Origin: a virus
Taxonomy: Duplodnaviria > Caudoviricetes
DNA: 64,000 bases
Direction: 5' to 3' (one strand)
IMG/VR virus record: IMGVR_UViG_3300037608_000261
Coordinates: 1-64,000 of that record
This document shows positions 17,310 to 28,000 of this stretch, piece after piece; position 1 is the stretch's first letter; every line of letters starts with the position of its first letter. The notes under the pieces were generated by a model, which was not told where the DNA came from, did no database searches, and saw only the letters and a list, made by a program, of their open reading frames with translations. A program made the position numbers and the translations under genes.

Positions 17310-17714
17310 CTATTCTCGCATTTCCATGTCTGGGTCATTTGAGGCAAATTCAACCGCATCTCCGCCGTCTATGGTCTCCATAACATGGAATGGATCATCA
17401 ATCATGTTTTTGGCCATTCGCATGTCCTCATAGAGGAAGGCGGCCATAATATTCAATTCCGGCTTGCCGTAATCCATAGTTGAAAACCATTCTTGATCGA
17501 GAAAATCTCCAAAAGAGAAGTCTTCTTTATCAATATAGATTTTCTTCAACGGCCACCAGTATGGCCCATAGGTCCTGTAGCGAAGTGGGCTCTTTAGAAG
17601 AATGACCTTTAGATTTGCCGAAAACTTTTCTATCCACTGATCAAGGGGCTGCTTGGCCACGGCCTGCATTAAAAAAGGTTGTAAATCGTTTTCCGAGGGC
17701 TTATAGATGTCCAT
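17310..17714 (-). CDS. ulx: Ulx-like anti-restriction accessory protein
   Basis: LLKSPLRYRTYGPYWWPLKK resembles P1 Ulx; located downstream of darB as in P1. Confidence 0.7.
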   Translation of the reverse strand: MDIYKPSENDLQPFLMQAVAKQPLDQWIEKFSANLKVILLKSPLRYRTYGPYWWPLKKIYIDKEDFSFGDFLDQEWFSTMDYGKPELNIMAAFLYEDMRMAKNMIDDPFHVMETIDGGDAVEFASNDPDMEMRE

Positions 17715-17848
17715 AATGTCTCCTTATGTCTCCAGTTCCTGAATCACCTTTATTTTTCCGATAAAGTATCCGGCTTCGTCTATATTTGCAACTGCTTTTA
17801 TGAGCTGTACCATTTCACATTTCACTTTGATGCTCGCCATCGATGGGT

Positions 17849-17876
17849 AAAAGTGGCCGCCGCAAAGCACGGCCAC
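17849..17876 (-). terminator. Possible weak intrinsic terminator
   Basis: GTGGCCG/CGGCCAC 7-bp stem followed by TTTT. Confidence 0.45.
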
Positions 17877-17900
17877 CTGGTTATATTTTCTCAACATTGT

Positions 17901-18701
17901 TTAGGATGCGGCAATAAGCCCATGTCCTTCAAGTCTGGCAATAACTGAATTTACGGCATCCTTGATTCCGTTGACGTTGCCAAGGAAAGTATTCATTTCC
18001 TCAGCAGATACGAACCCGTAACCACTGGTCGTGGCCGTTCCTGATACCGCCGTACCATCCGCAACATGCAAACCCGGAGTAGCTACAGCAATGTTTCCGG
18101 TCTCGTCAAACACAGCAACCTTGCCCGTAGGAACAGGATCGACCGGGACCTTTGTTGCGAGCCCGGACAAGCTCTGATTGTCTGATCCGGGAGCGTGGGA
18201 GTTTGTAATGGCACCCTTCACTGCCGCCACCGTAACAGCATTCGGGCCACCCGTGTCAAGCCCCTGGTCTGTTCCCTGGGTATGAACCTCGCTTATTTCA
18301 AGAGATGTATTGAGCCATACCGCAGCACCTTCCGTTGCATCGACACAGCGGTAAACCTCGTGAGGTGTTGCTGTCGTGTTGATCCAGACAGACCCCACAG
18401 AATATCCTTCCGTCTCGTCATTGTCGGCGTCCGGTGTAGTGGTTGCCCCGTAATTGTCCTTCTGGAAAGGCATGTACTCAGGAAGTACACCATCATCAAA
18501 GGTTGCAACTGAAGTAACCACCATGGCTGGGCGTTTCGCCTTCACCGCCGCTGTGATCACAATCGCATGTTCTGCCGGAACATTGACGGAAATACCGGCG
18601 CTTCCAATTGTCCCGCCCGGCACTTCAAAATCAACGCCATACCCGATGTAATGCACTCCCGATGAACCGTAATTCTCAAACTTCAAAGCTGTTTTCAGCA
18701 T
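17901..18701 (-). CDS. Virion structural protein, possible head fibre/decoration
   Basis: GYSVGSVWIN...YRCVDATEGAAVW module; C-terminal NSVIARLEGHGLIA trimerisation-like end. Confidence 0.45.
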   Translation of the reverse strand: MLKTALKFENYGSSGVHYIGYGVDFEVPGGTIGSAGISVNVPAEHAIVITAAVKAKRPAMVVTSVATFDDGVLPEYMPFQKDNYGATTTPDADNDETEGYSVGSVWINTTATPHEVYRCVDATEGAAVWLNTSLEISEVHTQGTDQGLDTGGPNAVTVAAVKGAITNSHAPGSDNQSLSGLATKVPVDPVPTGKVAVFDETGNIAVATPGLHVADGTAVSGTATTSGYGFVSAEEMNTFLGNVNGIKDAVNSVIARLEGHGLIAAS

Positions 18702-18715
18702 TTCTTAAAACCTCC

Positions 18716-21700
18716 TTATGCAATTAATTCATAGATTACCTTCAAGTCAGTCGATGAAGGCATGTGCCACCAGGCTCCTTTGAACGCTTCCCCCGCATCC
18801 GAAAAGAACTGAGCCCCATAACGCGCTTTCAGAATGTCTTTTGTCCTGAAAAGCACACCGCTTTTTCCATTTCTGTCCTGGAAAAACCACTTCGCAAAGG
18901 GTTCCAAAACGGTCCCCCTGCGCCCTTTAAACCCTGGCAAAGCCATGCTTGTAATGTTGGTTTTGACCGTAATGCCGATTTTGGCAAACGCTTCTATTAC
19001 TTCCTGCGGGACCTCCTTATAGCGGGGATCACTCTTCAGCGCTTCCTGAGCGGCCCGCTCTTTATCGGCTTTCTTGGCTGTCACCGCCGATTCCAATTCG
19101 GCCACTACCCCGTCAACATATTGATGGGCGATCTGTCTGATTTGCTCGGCATTATCTCCCAATTCTATTGTACCAGCCCCTATTACGTCAGGAAGTCGGT
19201 ATTTCAGGTTTGTCATAGTGGTAGAACCGTCTAAAACAGATCCAACAATGGCGTCAAAACCTCCCTTCTCTTCCAGGAAAGTAGCCCATCTTTTGGCACA
19301 ATATTCACGTACTTCGACCTCTGTTGCTGTTTTCCCATAGCCAAGAGCAACTTCGTTGTAGTTGTTGCCGAACAATAGCCCCATTATGCCCGAAATATAG
19401 TAGCCCGACCCACCTTCACGCTTTACCGCAAGGTAGGCTTCACATACTGCCTTGCGAAACCCCTCGTTGTTTGGTTCGGGGTAGACGATAGCTGCCGCAA
19501 GGCCCTCAGTAGAATACCCGTCAGCAATGTTTATTGCTCCGTCCTGATTGCGAACGACATATATGGAGTGCTGATCCCAATTGATCTCTTGGCGGTGATC
19601 GAGAAACGTCTCCTTATCAATCCTGCCATCAATGAGCGAATTATAGTCATGCGGTTCCGACAATGCCTTTTTAAGGTTCAGCTCTTTCTCGGAATAGGAG
19701 ACCTTTTTCAACCCTTTGGCTTCCAGTTTAGCCAGACTGCCAGCTAAGTACCACCCCCAATTACCCGGAACGCGCCCCAAGTCCATTGACCCGATCCGAC
19801 CCGTGATATCTTCATACTTGAAGGCCCGGTGCACCGGATCAACCTCTGAAATCTTTATGATTCCATGTTCGTAATCACTCTTATATTCATAGCAATCACC
19901 AACAGCAACTACTTTGCCGGCCAGGGTCACACAGGCGCTTTCGGGTTTGTCTATCAGGGTTTCATCAAAGGGAAGTTGCCCTTTCTTTGCCTTTTGTTTA
20001 AGAAGACCAGCAGTCTGCTTCACTGTCGATGTCAGCCTGGTCCGTCTCTCATCAAATGTCTGATCCAGTGTTCCAAGCTTTACCGTAAAATTCTTCAGGG
20101 TTTGCTGCTTTTCAACAATTTGGCTGCCCAATCTCATTCGATCATTCCCTTCGGCAGCCGACCACCTTTCCTGAAGCCTTTTGATTTCTGCCTCAAGATC
20201 AGGAATTCTCTTAGTCAGACGCTCGCGCTCTGCCTGCCTTGCCACATCAAGGCCAGCAAGGTCCATAGTTGCCTGCGAAAGTATCTGTAACTGGTTTGCA
20301 AGTCGCCTTTGTTCTTTTTCGGCCTCTTCTGCCTGCTTCGCCGCCAGTCTATCCAACCGTCTCTTTTTGGCTGCCTCGGGATCTGCTTCAAGCATATCCA
20401 TCATCTCATCTTGGCTTAAGGCATTTGCGTTTTCTGCCGTCGCGTCGGTACCGCCAAAGAGGTCGCTCATCCAATTTGATTTTGCTTTAAGTATCTCAAG
20501 ACGGTATGCATCGAAAGACCCTTTCCCGCAATAGTAGTAGATGTGAATCATGGGGGCAGTGTTGCCCTGTCTGACCCCGCGCCCGTTTCTCTGTTGGATA
20601 CTCGCAGGCGTCCACGGAAGGGTTAAATGGTGAATGGCGGTAGTGCCTTTCTGAAGATTGACCCCGACTTCCGCCTTTTTGTTACAGATCACAAATTTCA
20701 GGCCCCCTGAATTATACTGGTCAGAAATTTTTTGCAGGTCCTCCCCCTGAGCTTCCTCAGCGTTAATAATACCGATCAATTTGGCAATGGTAGGAATATG
20801 GTGCACAATTAGTCGCAAAATCTTTTGGTGCTGTGATTTCTCTTCCGTAAAGATCAGTTGCTTTCCGTCCGCCTCAAGGTCCGACCGTAGGTTTTCAATT
20901 AGACGTGCATATTTTGGCATGAGGGGGTGTGAAACATTTTCCATGGCAATGTTATTTTGTGGGATTCGATCCACAACCAGGTTCTCGTATTCTTTTGGGA
21001 AGACCACAACATAGCTTCCGTTTTCCGTTCGTGAAGTAATTCTAAGCTCTACAGTGACTTCCCGAGATTTACCCTTGTTCATTTCAGGATCAAGTCCGAG
21101 TGCATCCATTTCCTCGTCATCGAGGACACGCTTAACCTTGATAGATTGGGGAAGACTTTTTACCAGATCATCTACATTGGGCTTGTCCCCTTCCCGGAAC
21201 ACAAATGTCATTGTCTTATTATAGAGGTCCATGTCCGTCGTGACCCTATCCATGTCTCGGATAACGGAAAACATGCTTTCCTTCTTTTCCCCTCGACCCG
21301 GTGGTTTTGCAGCATCCTTTGCCCGGTCGCGCAAGATTGCATAGACCCGTTGCTGTTCCTCGGTGAGTTCGATATTAAGACTTGTCTCCTCATGGGGAGG
21401 CAGCTTGATCTGATCGGGAAAGTCCTCTGCACTTTTCATATTTACATATTTGTGGAACATGCTGCGCAACCCATCAAGATTTTGAAATCCCGTCAGCCCA
21501 TCTTTAGACTTTATGCCACCATCAACCATCATTTTATCTACGCTCGTGATTTGCCCGAATACGCGGATGAAGTCGTCTGGGGTATATATGCCGTAGCGTT
21601 CAAATTCTTCTAAAGGGCAGGTATAGGAAAGCATGTTGAATATCTCGAATGGGCTGTTCGTAACCGGGGTAGCGGAAAGCATGTAGGCCCCTCGACCATT

Positions 21701-24700
21701 GTTAGCATCGCGCAGATAGGCCATCTTCATGGTCATATCGAGGGCGCGTTTTGCGGGCGGGGCCGTGGGAAGATAGGCCACATCCTGGTAGTGCTCCCCA
21801 GCAAGGAGATTATTTTTGAATTCGTGGGATTCATCAATTATGATATCGGTGAACCCCATATCCTCGAAGTAGGGAAGTTCTCCCTTTTTCGCAGTTCCCT
21901 CATCGGAGAATTGCTGTTCAAGTCTTGTTTTCGCCACATCCTCATCGTAAGAAATCTTCTTCCCTGTTGACTTGTCATCGCCTTGAGCGTTGCCACCCGT
22001 CGCCTCTGCGTGCATTTTCTCGCTGATGAGCGACCTTTTGACCATCTTATCGGCATACGTCTTCTTGCTGTCCGGTCTCATAGGAATCATGCCGAATTTG
22101 TCTTTTGTCATAACAACAAGAGAATGATTTGACTGGGGGATTTTCCACATGGCTTCCCATACATCCTCTTTGCTGTTTCTCTCTACAAGAACATCCTGGT
22201 ATTCAAGCTGTCCAGTAAATGCGTTTGTCTTTGGGTTTCCCCTCTCGTCCTTGACGACTTCATGTTCGACTTGCCCATCCTTGCTTGTTTTTGGTTCAAA
22301 ACCGATGAAGAGCGCATCGTTGAGATTACCCAGGAACTTCTTTGACTCATGATACCAGTTCCCCAGCACTGATTTAGGAACCACAATACAAGTTTTCTTG
22401 GAGCGGCCCATCTTTTTGTTATATGCATAGAGTCCGAGGGCTGAGTAGGTTTTCCCGAGCCCAACATTATGGGCCAGTATCCCCCGACCCTCTTCGGATA
22501 ACCGCCTGACAGCCGCATTCTGATAACCGTGCAGCTTCACCTGTGGCGAAACTCCCTCCAGATGCAAATTACTATCTTCATAGTCAAAGGGCGTGAACCC
22601 ATTGAATTTTCGGTTATATTGTTCAGCAATTTCACTTATTTCAATATGCTGTTGCATCCATGCGTTGAACTGTTCTTCGAGAATTCGACAACGGTCTTTA
22701 TACTCTTTGATTCTTTCTTGTGCATCTTCTCCGGATGATGTGACATTACCGCCGTTGAGATAGGAGAGAAACTGCTTCGGGAAACCGCCCTTACTGTCAA
22801 TTCCCACAAATTCGCCAAACGGATTATCATAGTCCTCTTTAAACTGCGTAGTGGTGAACGTCTTGCCGGAATAAGGGTCTTCTTTTTCTACCTTTTCCAT
22901 TGCCCCGTAATTTACATTCGGGTACCCATTTTCTCTGAGAAATTCAACCACATATTTTCTATTGAACCACTTCTGACGCATACTGAATACAATATTGTCA
23001 GGCTCCGTTGTTATGCGCTTGCGCATGATCTCGGAGATTTGCTTCATATACTTGTCTTTAATCTGTTCATCCTTTTCCGCAGCCAGTGCATCGCCCATAG
23101 CCTGAATCTTCGGATAGATATCTCCTACGGTATAGCGCCCCATCGGGACAACGAAACCATCCGGGGTAATTGCCAGCGCGCCGTCATCGGCAAGGTCGGA
23201 CAGTGACTTTATTTCACGTTTCCCTGTGTAAAGCTTTTGGATATCCTCCAGCTCTATTTCCCTAATTCCTTCCCGAACAAAGAGGTGTTCGACAATAGCT
23301 TGAAGATTTGTCGAATCATACTCCAAGGTCCGTCCCGATCCGCCCATGGTTCCGGCAAGCAGGTCGGAAAACTGGCCATTTTCATCAACAGCATTCTTGA
23401 AAAGGCCAAACATCTTTGAAGTTTCCCCGGTTATCAACAGCCCCTTGTTATTTTTAGGGTGCCCATAAGTATCGATCTCCTTGGAAACAAGCTCCTGCAG
23501 TTCAAGCCGATCCACATCTTCGGCAGTTCCGTCGTTGACAGAGTTCTGATAGCGTGCAATCATGCCGCCAATGATTGAGCCCCGGAATAGCTGTTCTTGG
23601 TATTCTTCCTTGGGCTGGCTCATGGCAAATTCGATGGAGGCCTTCTGTAGTGGGGTCAAGTATTCCGGGAAAGCTTTAAAGATGGCAAAGAGCTGCTTTG
23701 CGGAAAGAACCAGGGCTCCCTTTGGCGATGACAGGACTGCCTTCAGTTCGGCCAGGCTTGCCGCACCGTAGCGATCCTTGTCAATGGCCATGGATGTATC
23801 ATCTGTCTTGACTACACGGGACCACCGTCCATTTGTCAGCTCATGCTCTGTGCCATTAATGATCTTCCGGTCGCCCTCTATATAATTCCTGGCTATGGGT
23901 TCCGATGCCTCAAGGAGGTCCCAGTTTATACGGGAGTCAAACTTTTGAGCCAGACGCACTTTCAGACCCGCATTGTCAATATCCCCGTCCACAACTTCCC
24001 GACTCCATCGATCACCCTCGACTTTCGGGACCCACTTGCCCATGATGAATTGGTGTCCTTCGCCAAGCCAGTATTGGCCGCTAACGAATTCATCCCAAAC
24101 GACCTTTGCGGCCTTCATAATATCGAAGGGAACGGTGTCTATTTTCTCCAAGAACTCTTTCGGATGCTTTCTAAAGACAACGATGTCCACAACAGTGTCG
24201 GTTCCCTGGGCCGAGAACGTCTTAGACGGTAGCTTGTGTGCCCCAAGAAATTCAGCTTTTTTGTTGACTGCTATTCTGAATTTTTCCCATTGCCCTCCCT
24301 TGGCACCCACGATGTTAGTGGGGACGACCAAGCAGCAGAGGCCACCAGGCCGAACCTTGTCTAAGGCTCTGAGAATAAAATAACGTTCAATCCGCTTTTC
24401 ATCCTTGTAGTCTGGATCATCATAAGCACTTGCACCTCGTGCATTGCCGAACGGGACATTGCCAACCACGGCATCAAAGGTGTTGTCTGGGGTTTCCATG
24501 ACAACCTTTTCGAAGGATTGAGTTTTGATCAGATCATCCGGGTTGAGAAGCTGTGCCACTTTTGAACCTACAGGATCAATATCCGCCCCGGTGATGATCG
24601 TCCCTTTTGGCTTCGTTGCCGAGAAGACACCGGCGCCCGTGCAGGGGTCAAGAACGTTCCCATTCTCAAATCCGTTTGCCATCATACCATCCCACAGCCC

Positions 24701-25054
24701 TTCGGCCACATGAGTAGGCGTGTAATATTCAAACTGGGAATTCTCGGTAAGGCCACCGCGCCCTGAATATTGTTTCAGTATCTCCCGGTCCTCGTCCTTC
24801 AAAGCTCCAGAGTCCTTCACGCGGTCGATAATCTCGCGGGCCTGTTCATTTAGCCTCTCGCGGGCTTTAATGCCCTTGACTTTTAGACCATAATCCGAGC
24901 TTTCATTTTTGTAATTGCTCGGGTCTTTTGGCGACTCTTGACCAGGTATTTGCTTCAAGTCAAAAAGGGTTTGAATAACTACTGCTATTTCAAAGAAATT
25001 GCCTGCTGCTTGAACCTTAGATTTCCAATCGGGTAAAGCACGTTCAAGAATCAT
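18716..25054 (-). CDS. darB: DarB-like N6-methyltransferase plus SNF2 helicase anti-restriction protein
   Basis: DPCTGAG and NVPFG MTase motifs; HNVGLGKT, IDESHEFKN, SATPVTN and QQRNGRGVRQGN helicase motifs; 2112 aa. Confidence 0.9.
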   Translation of the reverse strand: MILERALPDWKSKVQAAGNFFEIAVVIQTLFDLKQIPGQESPKDPSNYKNESSDYGLKVKGIKARERLNEQAREIIDRVKDSGALKDEDREILKQYSGRGGLTENSQFEYYTPTHVAEGLWDGMMANGFENGNVLDPCTGAGVFSATKPKGTIITGADIDPVGSKVAQLLNPDDLIKTQSFEKVVMETPDNTFDAVVGNVPFGNARGASAYDDPDYKDEKRIERYFILRALDKVRPGGLCCLVVPTNIVGAKGGQWEKFRIAVNKKAEFLGAHKLPSKTFSAQGTDTVVDIVVFRKHPKEFLEKIDTVPFDIMKAAKVVWDEFVSGQYWLGEGHQFIMGKWVPKVEGDRWSREVVDGDIDNAGLKVRLAQKFDSRINWDLLEASEPIARNYIEGDRKIINGTEHELTNGRWSRVVKTDDTSMAIDKDRYGAASLAELKAVLSSPKGALVLSAKQLFAIFKAFPEYLTPLQKASIEFAMSQPKEEYQEQLFRGSIIGGMIARYQNSVNDGTAEDVDRLELQELVSKEIDTYGHPKNNKGLLITGETSKMFGLFKNAVDENGQFSDLLAGTMGGSGRTLEYDSTNLQAIVEHLFVREGIREIELEDIQKLYTGKREIKSLSDLADDGALAITPDGFVVPMGRYTVGDIYPKIQAMGDALAAEKDEQIKDKYMKQISEIMRKRITTEPDNIVFSMRQKWFNRKYVVEFLRENGYPNVNYGAMEKVEKEDPYSGKTFTTTQFKEDYDNPFGEFVGIDSKGGFPKQFLSYLNGGNVTSSGEDAQERIKEYKDRCRILEEQFNAWMQQHIEISEIAEQYNRKFNGFTPFDYEDSNLHLEGVSPQVKLHGYQNAAVRRLSEEGRGILAHNVGLGKTYSALGLYAYNKKMGRSKKTCIVVPKSVLGNWYHESKKFLGNLNDALFIGFEPKTSKDGQVEHEVVKDERGNPKTNAFTGQLEYQDVLVERNSKEDVWEAMWKIPQSNHSLVVMTKDKFGMIPMRPDSKKTYADKMVKRSLISEKMHAEATGGNAQGDDKSTGKKISYDEDVAKTRLEQQFSDEGTAKKGELPYFEDMGFTDIIIDESHEFKNNLLAGEHYQDVAYLPTAPPAKRALDMTMKMAYLRDANNGRGAYMLSATPVTNSPFEIFNMLSYTCPLEEFERYGIYTPDDFIRVFGQITSVDKMMVDGGIKSKDGLTGFQNLDGLRSMFHKYVNMKSAEDFPDQIKLPPHEETSLNIELTEEQQRVYAILRDRAKDAAKPPGRGEKKESMFSVIRDMDRVTTDMDLYNKTMTFVFREGDKPNVDDLVKSLPQSIKVKRVLDDEEMDALGLDPEMNKGKSREVTVELRITSRTENGSYVVVFPKEYENLVVDRIPQNNIAMENVSHPLMPKYARLIENLRSDLEADGKQLIFTEEKSQHQKILRLIVHHIPTIAKLIGIINAEEAQGEDLQKISDQYNSGGLKFVICNKKAEVGVNLQKGTTAIHHLTLPWTPASIQQRNGRGVRQGNTAPMIHIYYYCGKGSFDAYRLEILKAKSNWMSDLFGGTDATAENANALSQDEMMDMLEADPEAAKKRRLDRLAAKQAEEAEKEQRRLANQLQILSQATMDLAGLDVARQAERERLTKRIPDLEAEIKRLQERWSAAEGNDRMRLGSQIVEKQQTLKNFTVKLGTLDQTFDERRTRLTSTVKQTAGLLKQKAKKGQLPFDETLIDKPESACVTLAGKVVAVGDCYEYKSDYEHGIIKISEVDPVHRAFKYEDITGRIGSMDLGRVPGNWGWYLAGSLAKLEAKGLKKVSYSEKELNLKKALSEPHDYNSLIDGRIDKETFLDHRQEINWDQHSIYVVRNQDGAINIADGYSTEGLAAAIVYPEPNNEGFRKAVCEAYLAVKREGGSGYYISGIMGLLFGNNYNEVALGYGKTATEVEVREYCAKRWATFLEEKGGFDAIVGSVLDGSTTMTNLKYRLPDVIGAGTIELGDNAEQIRQIAHQYVDGVVAELESAVTAKKADKERAAQEALKSDPRYKEVPQEVIEAFAKIGITVKTNITSMALPGFKGRRGTVLEPFAKWFFQDRNGKSGVLFRTKDILKARYGAQFFSDAGEAFKGAWWHMPSSTDLKVIYELIA

Positions 25055-28000
25055 TATGCGCGTCCCTCCTGCAAAGATGTTTTGATGAGTTTCAATAACT
25101 TATCCATATTTCTCTGGTCACTGAGCATATTCAACGGATCTTGTTTTAGAGTCCGTCTAATGTTCGGAATGATACTCCGATTGATTTCTTCCCGTAACGT
25201 GGAGAAATCAGATTGTTCATATAATCCAATATGGGCGCTGTCTTTCATGATGCCGCTGATTTCCTGGAGATATCCAAGAATTTTTTTTATGTTCTTCCCG
25301 TAAGTCTTCCCCTTGCTTTCTTCCATAGCCAGAATGCTTTTGTATTTCTGATGATAGTCATCAATAAAAGCATCCAGTCTTGCGGTATCGTAAGAAGGGG
25401 TAACACTTCGGCGCTTTTCGATGATCAGATTGTTTAGGAAACTTCTTATCTTGTCTGCCGTGGGATTCTCTTCACGTAAGTAACGATCCCCTTGGGTCAA
25501 ATAGCTGTCGGCTTCCGAGGTGATTTCCATGATTTGTTTCCGGGTAGAGGCTTCATTCAGTGCCTTTAGGTAGTTCCGGTATGCTTCAGCCCTTGGGTAT
25601 GCTTGCCCTTGCGCCCTCTCTTCAGCAACCAGGACATTTATAAGGCTGGGAATGTCTTTATCGTTCCTCTTTTTATCTGATAGAATGTCTTGGTATTCAT
25701 TTATGACTTCGGCGGGGATATCTTTCCCTGCCTTAATTGCGTCCTGAATATCTGTAAAATGCACCGCATAGGCTTGGGCTTCCGAGACAATTTCGGGATT
25801 ACGTTTCCAGAATTCAGCGATTGTCATCTCCCACGACTTTTTGGAATTATTTATTACCATCGGGAATATCTTTTCAAATACTGAGAATATCTCATCGAAC
25901 GATACCGACACGCTAACGGCCCTTCTCCAATCAAATTCACCAGTATCCTCAAAAAGGTTCTTTCCGCCATCCTGGACGTGGTCGCGAGGCTTAAGACCCT
26001 CGGTCATCTTTCCCAAATATGCTCTCCATGCAACGATTGATTTATCCTTGTTTTCGATTGCGGTTGCCCTTCGGTTCCTGCCATCAATAATGTCCCCGTC
26101 CGGTCCTATTAGGATTGGTTTAGAATGGTCAGCATCTGGATCATTGACAGGGTTAAGCGTTTTAGGATCGATTATTTCCAATTGCCAGTAATCGCCTGCC
26201 GCTGACCAGTGTTTTTTCTCGGCATCTGATACCTTTCCGAAGGTATCCCGATACTTGTTTATTTTGAGTACATTCTTATAGAAATCCTGCCATGCAAATG
26301 TATTTGCGGACTCTAAAATGCCTTTGGCAACTTCTGTCGCTGCATCTATATCTTCATTTTGGGCTGACTCAAGAATAGTATTACTCGCGGACTTCATGAT
26401 GTCGCCTTCGCGTAGCCACTTTTTGAAGGCCTCCATGGAAAGCTCTGTAATTGCTCCTATCCTGTACACACCCTTACCATCTGAAAACCCTTTACAGTAA
26501 ACTTCACGAGCATCTTCGCTGTCGTTACAACCAATAATCCCTTTGCATTCATCGAACTTCCCGGTATCTACATCAAGTTGATCGACAATAAACACCCGTT
26601 CGCTGTCTGTGTTTTCCCCTATATACACATCAAAATTGTCACCATCGGGGGCTTTTGTCTTTTTCACATATCCATAATGCGCAGGCATAGTAACGGACCA
26701 CTTCTTTCCATTAGGGTCTATCCCGGATCGCTCGGACCCCTTCGGGTTCTCAATGGCGATAGCCAGGCCACTAATAGTTACATGACCCTTACGGTAATTT
26801 CCCGCTTCTTTTTGGGCCTCTGTGGGCTCAGAAAGGTTATTCTTGGGAGAGGATGCCGCTTTGTGGGCTTCCTTGTCAATTGCAGATGACTCAAGAATCT
26901 CCTTGACAGCATTCATATCTGCGCCTATACTTTCTTTATAGTGAGTGTAATGCTCTCTATAAGAAGGTTCTGAGGCCGGGGCTAAATTCTCTGGAACAGA
27001 ACTTTCTAAAGGTCCCGACCTCCGGGCTTCTACCCCGGACAAACTTGGGGCCTTTCTTTTTTCGTAAAGCACATCAGGATCATGATTTAGATTGTAAAAC
27101 AAGTGCCCCCTGTCATCTTCTCCGACTGTAACGCCTACAAGAATAATTTCATTTTCCATCTCAACTTTACCGTCAAAAAAATGAAACCTTTTGATATTGT
27201 CATGACGGGTTTTAAACGGATCAGAAACGCAATGTTTCCCATATTGAATGATAACGGGTGCAACAGGAAGTAGTTTGGCTTTTTTAATGTCCGTTTTTAT
27301 ACCGCGTCTAAACTTTTCCCACCCTTTACCGGAAAACCTTATCTCCCCAACACCTTCCCTGGTTACTGTTTTGCCCTGTAGTTTTGCCCTATAATAGGCT
27401 CTGGCTGTCTTAACGGAATTCTCCGAATCAATGTCATCACCTAATTCTTTACCGGTAAGCGTCATCAAGACACCACCTGCCGATTCAAATAACCTCGTCC
27501 CTTCTCTTGCGGTTTTTTCTTTTTCTATAGCCAGCGTTACAATTTGGGTCGGTGTCGGTAAAGGCTCCCCTGCATCTATAAGTTTGGGTGCTTTCTCATA
27601 TTCAAGACGGGTTTTTAATAATCTGCCTGCTTCTTTAAAAACCGCTCCCATGCGCTTTGCGGACCGGATACTATCATTGATAAACCTGGCGATATGCTTC
27701 GTATCCTCCGATACATTATCAAAGAAACCGCCCTGATTGAGCACCATTTCAAGAGATTCCCCGTCTCCCTTTGATCTTTTAACCAGTTTTGCGGCCTCGA
27801 TAATGCAGCCGGGTATGTTTATCCCCATAAGGTCCGATGATAAAGCCTTTGCCTGTGAGAATTCACCTGCTGCAACAGTCATGGCTGACAGGATGTTCTT
27901 TATTTTCGGGTCCATTTCCTCAGCCATAAGGGCAAGTAAATTATCATCCTGATATGCTTTCTGGAATATGGCAGCCTGTACACGGTCGATAAGCTGTTTT

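Noticed and set aside
17724-17840. 38-aa ORF upstream of ulx
   Set aside because: No SD and no recognisable motif; cannot be supported.
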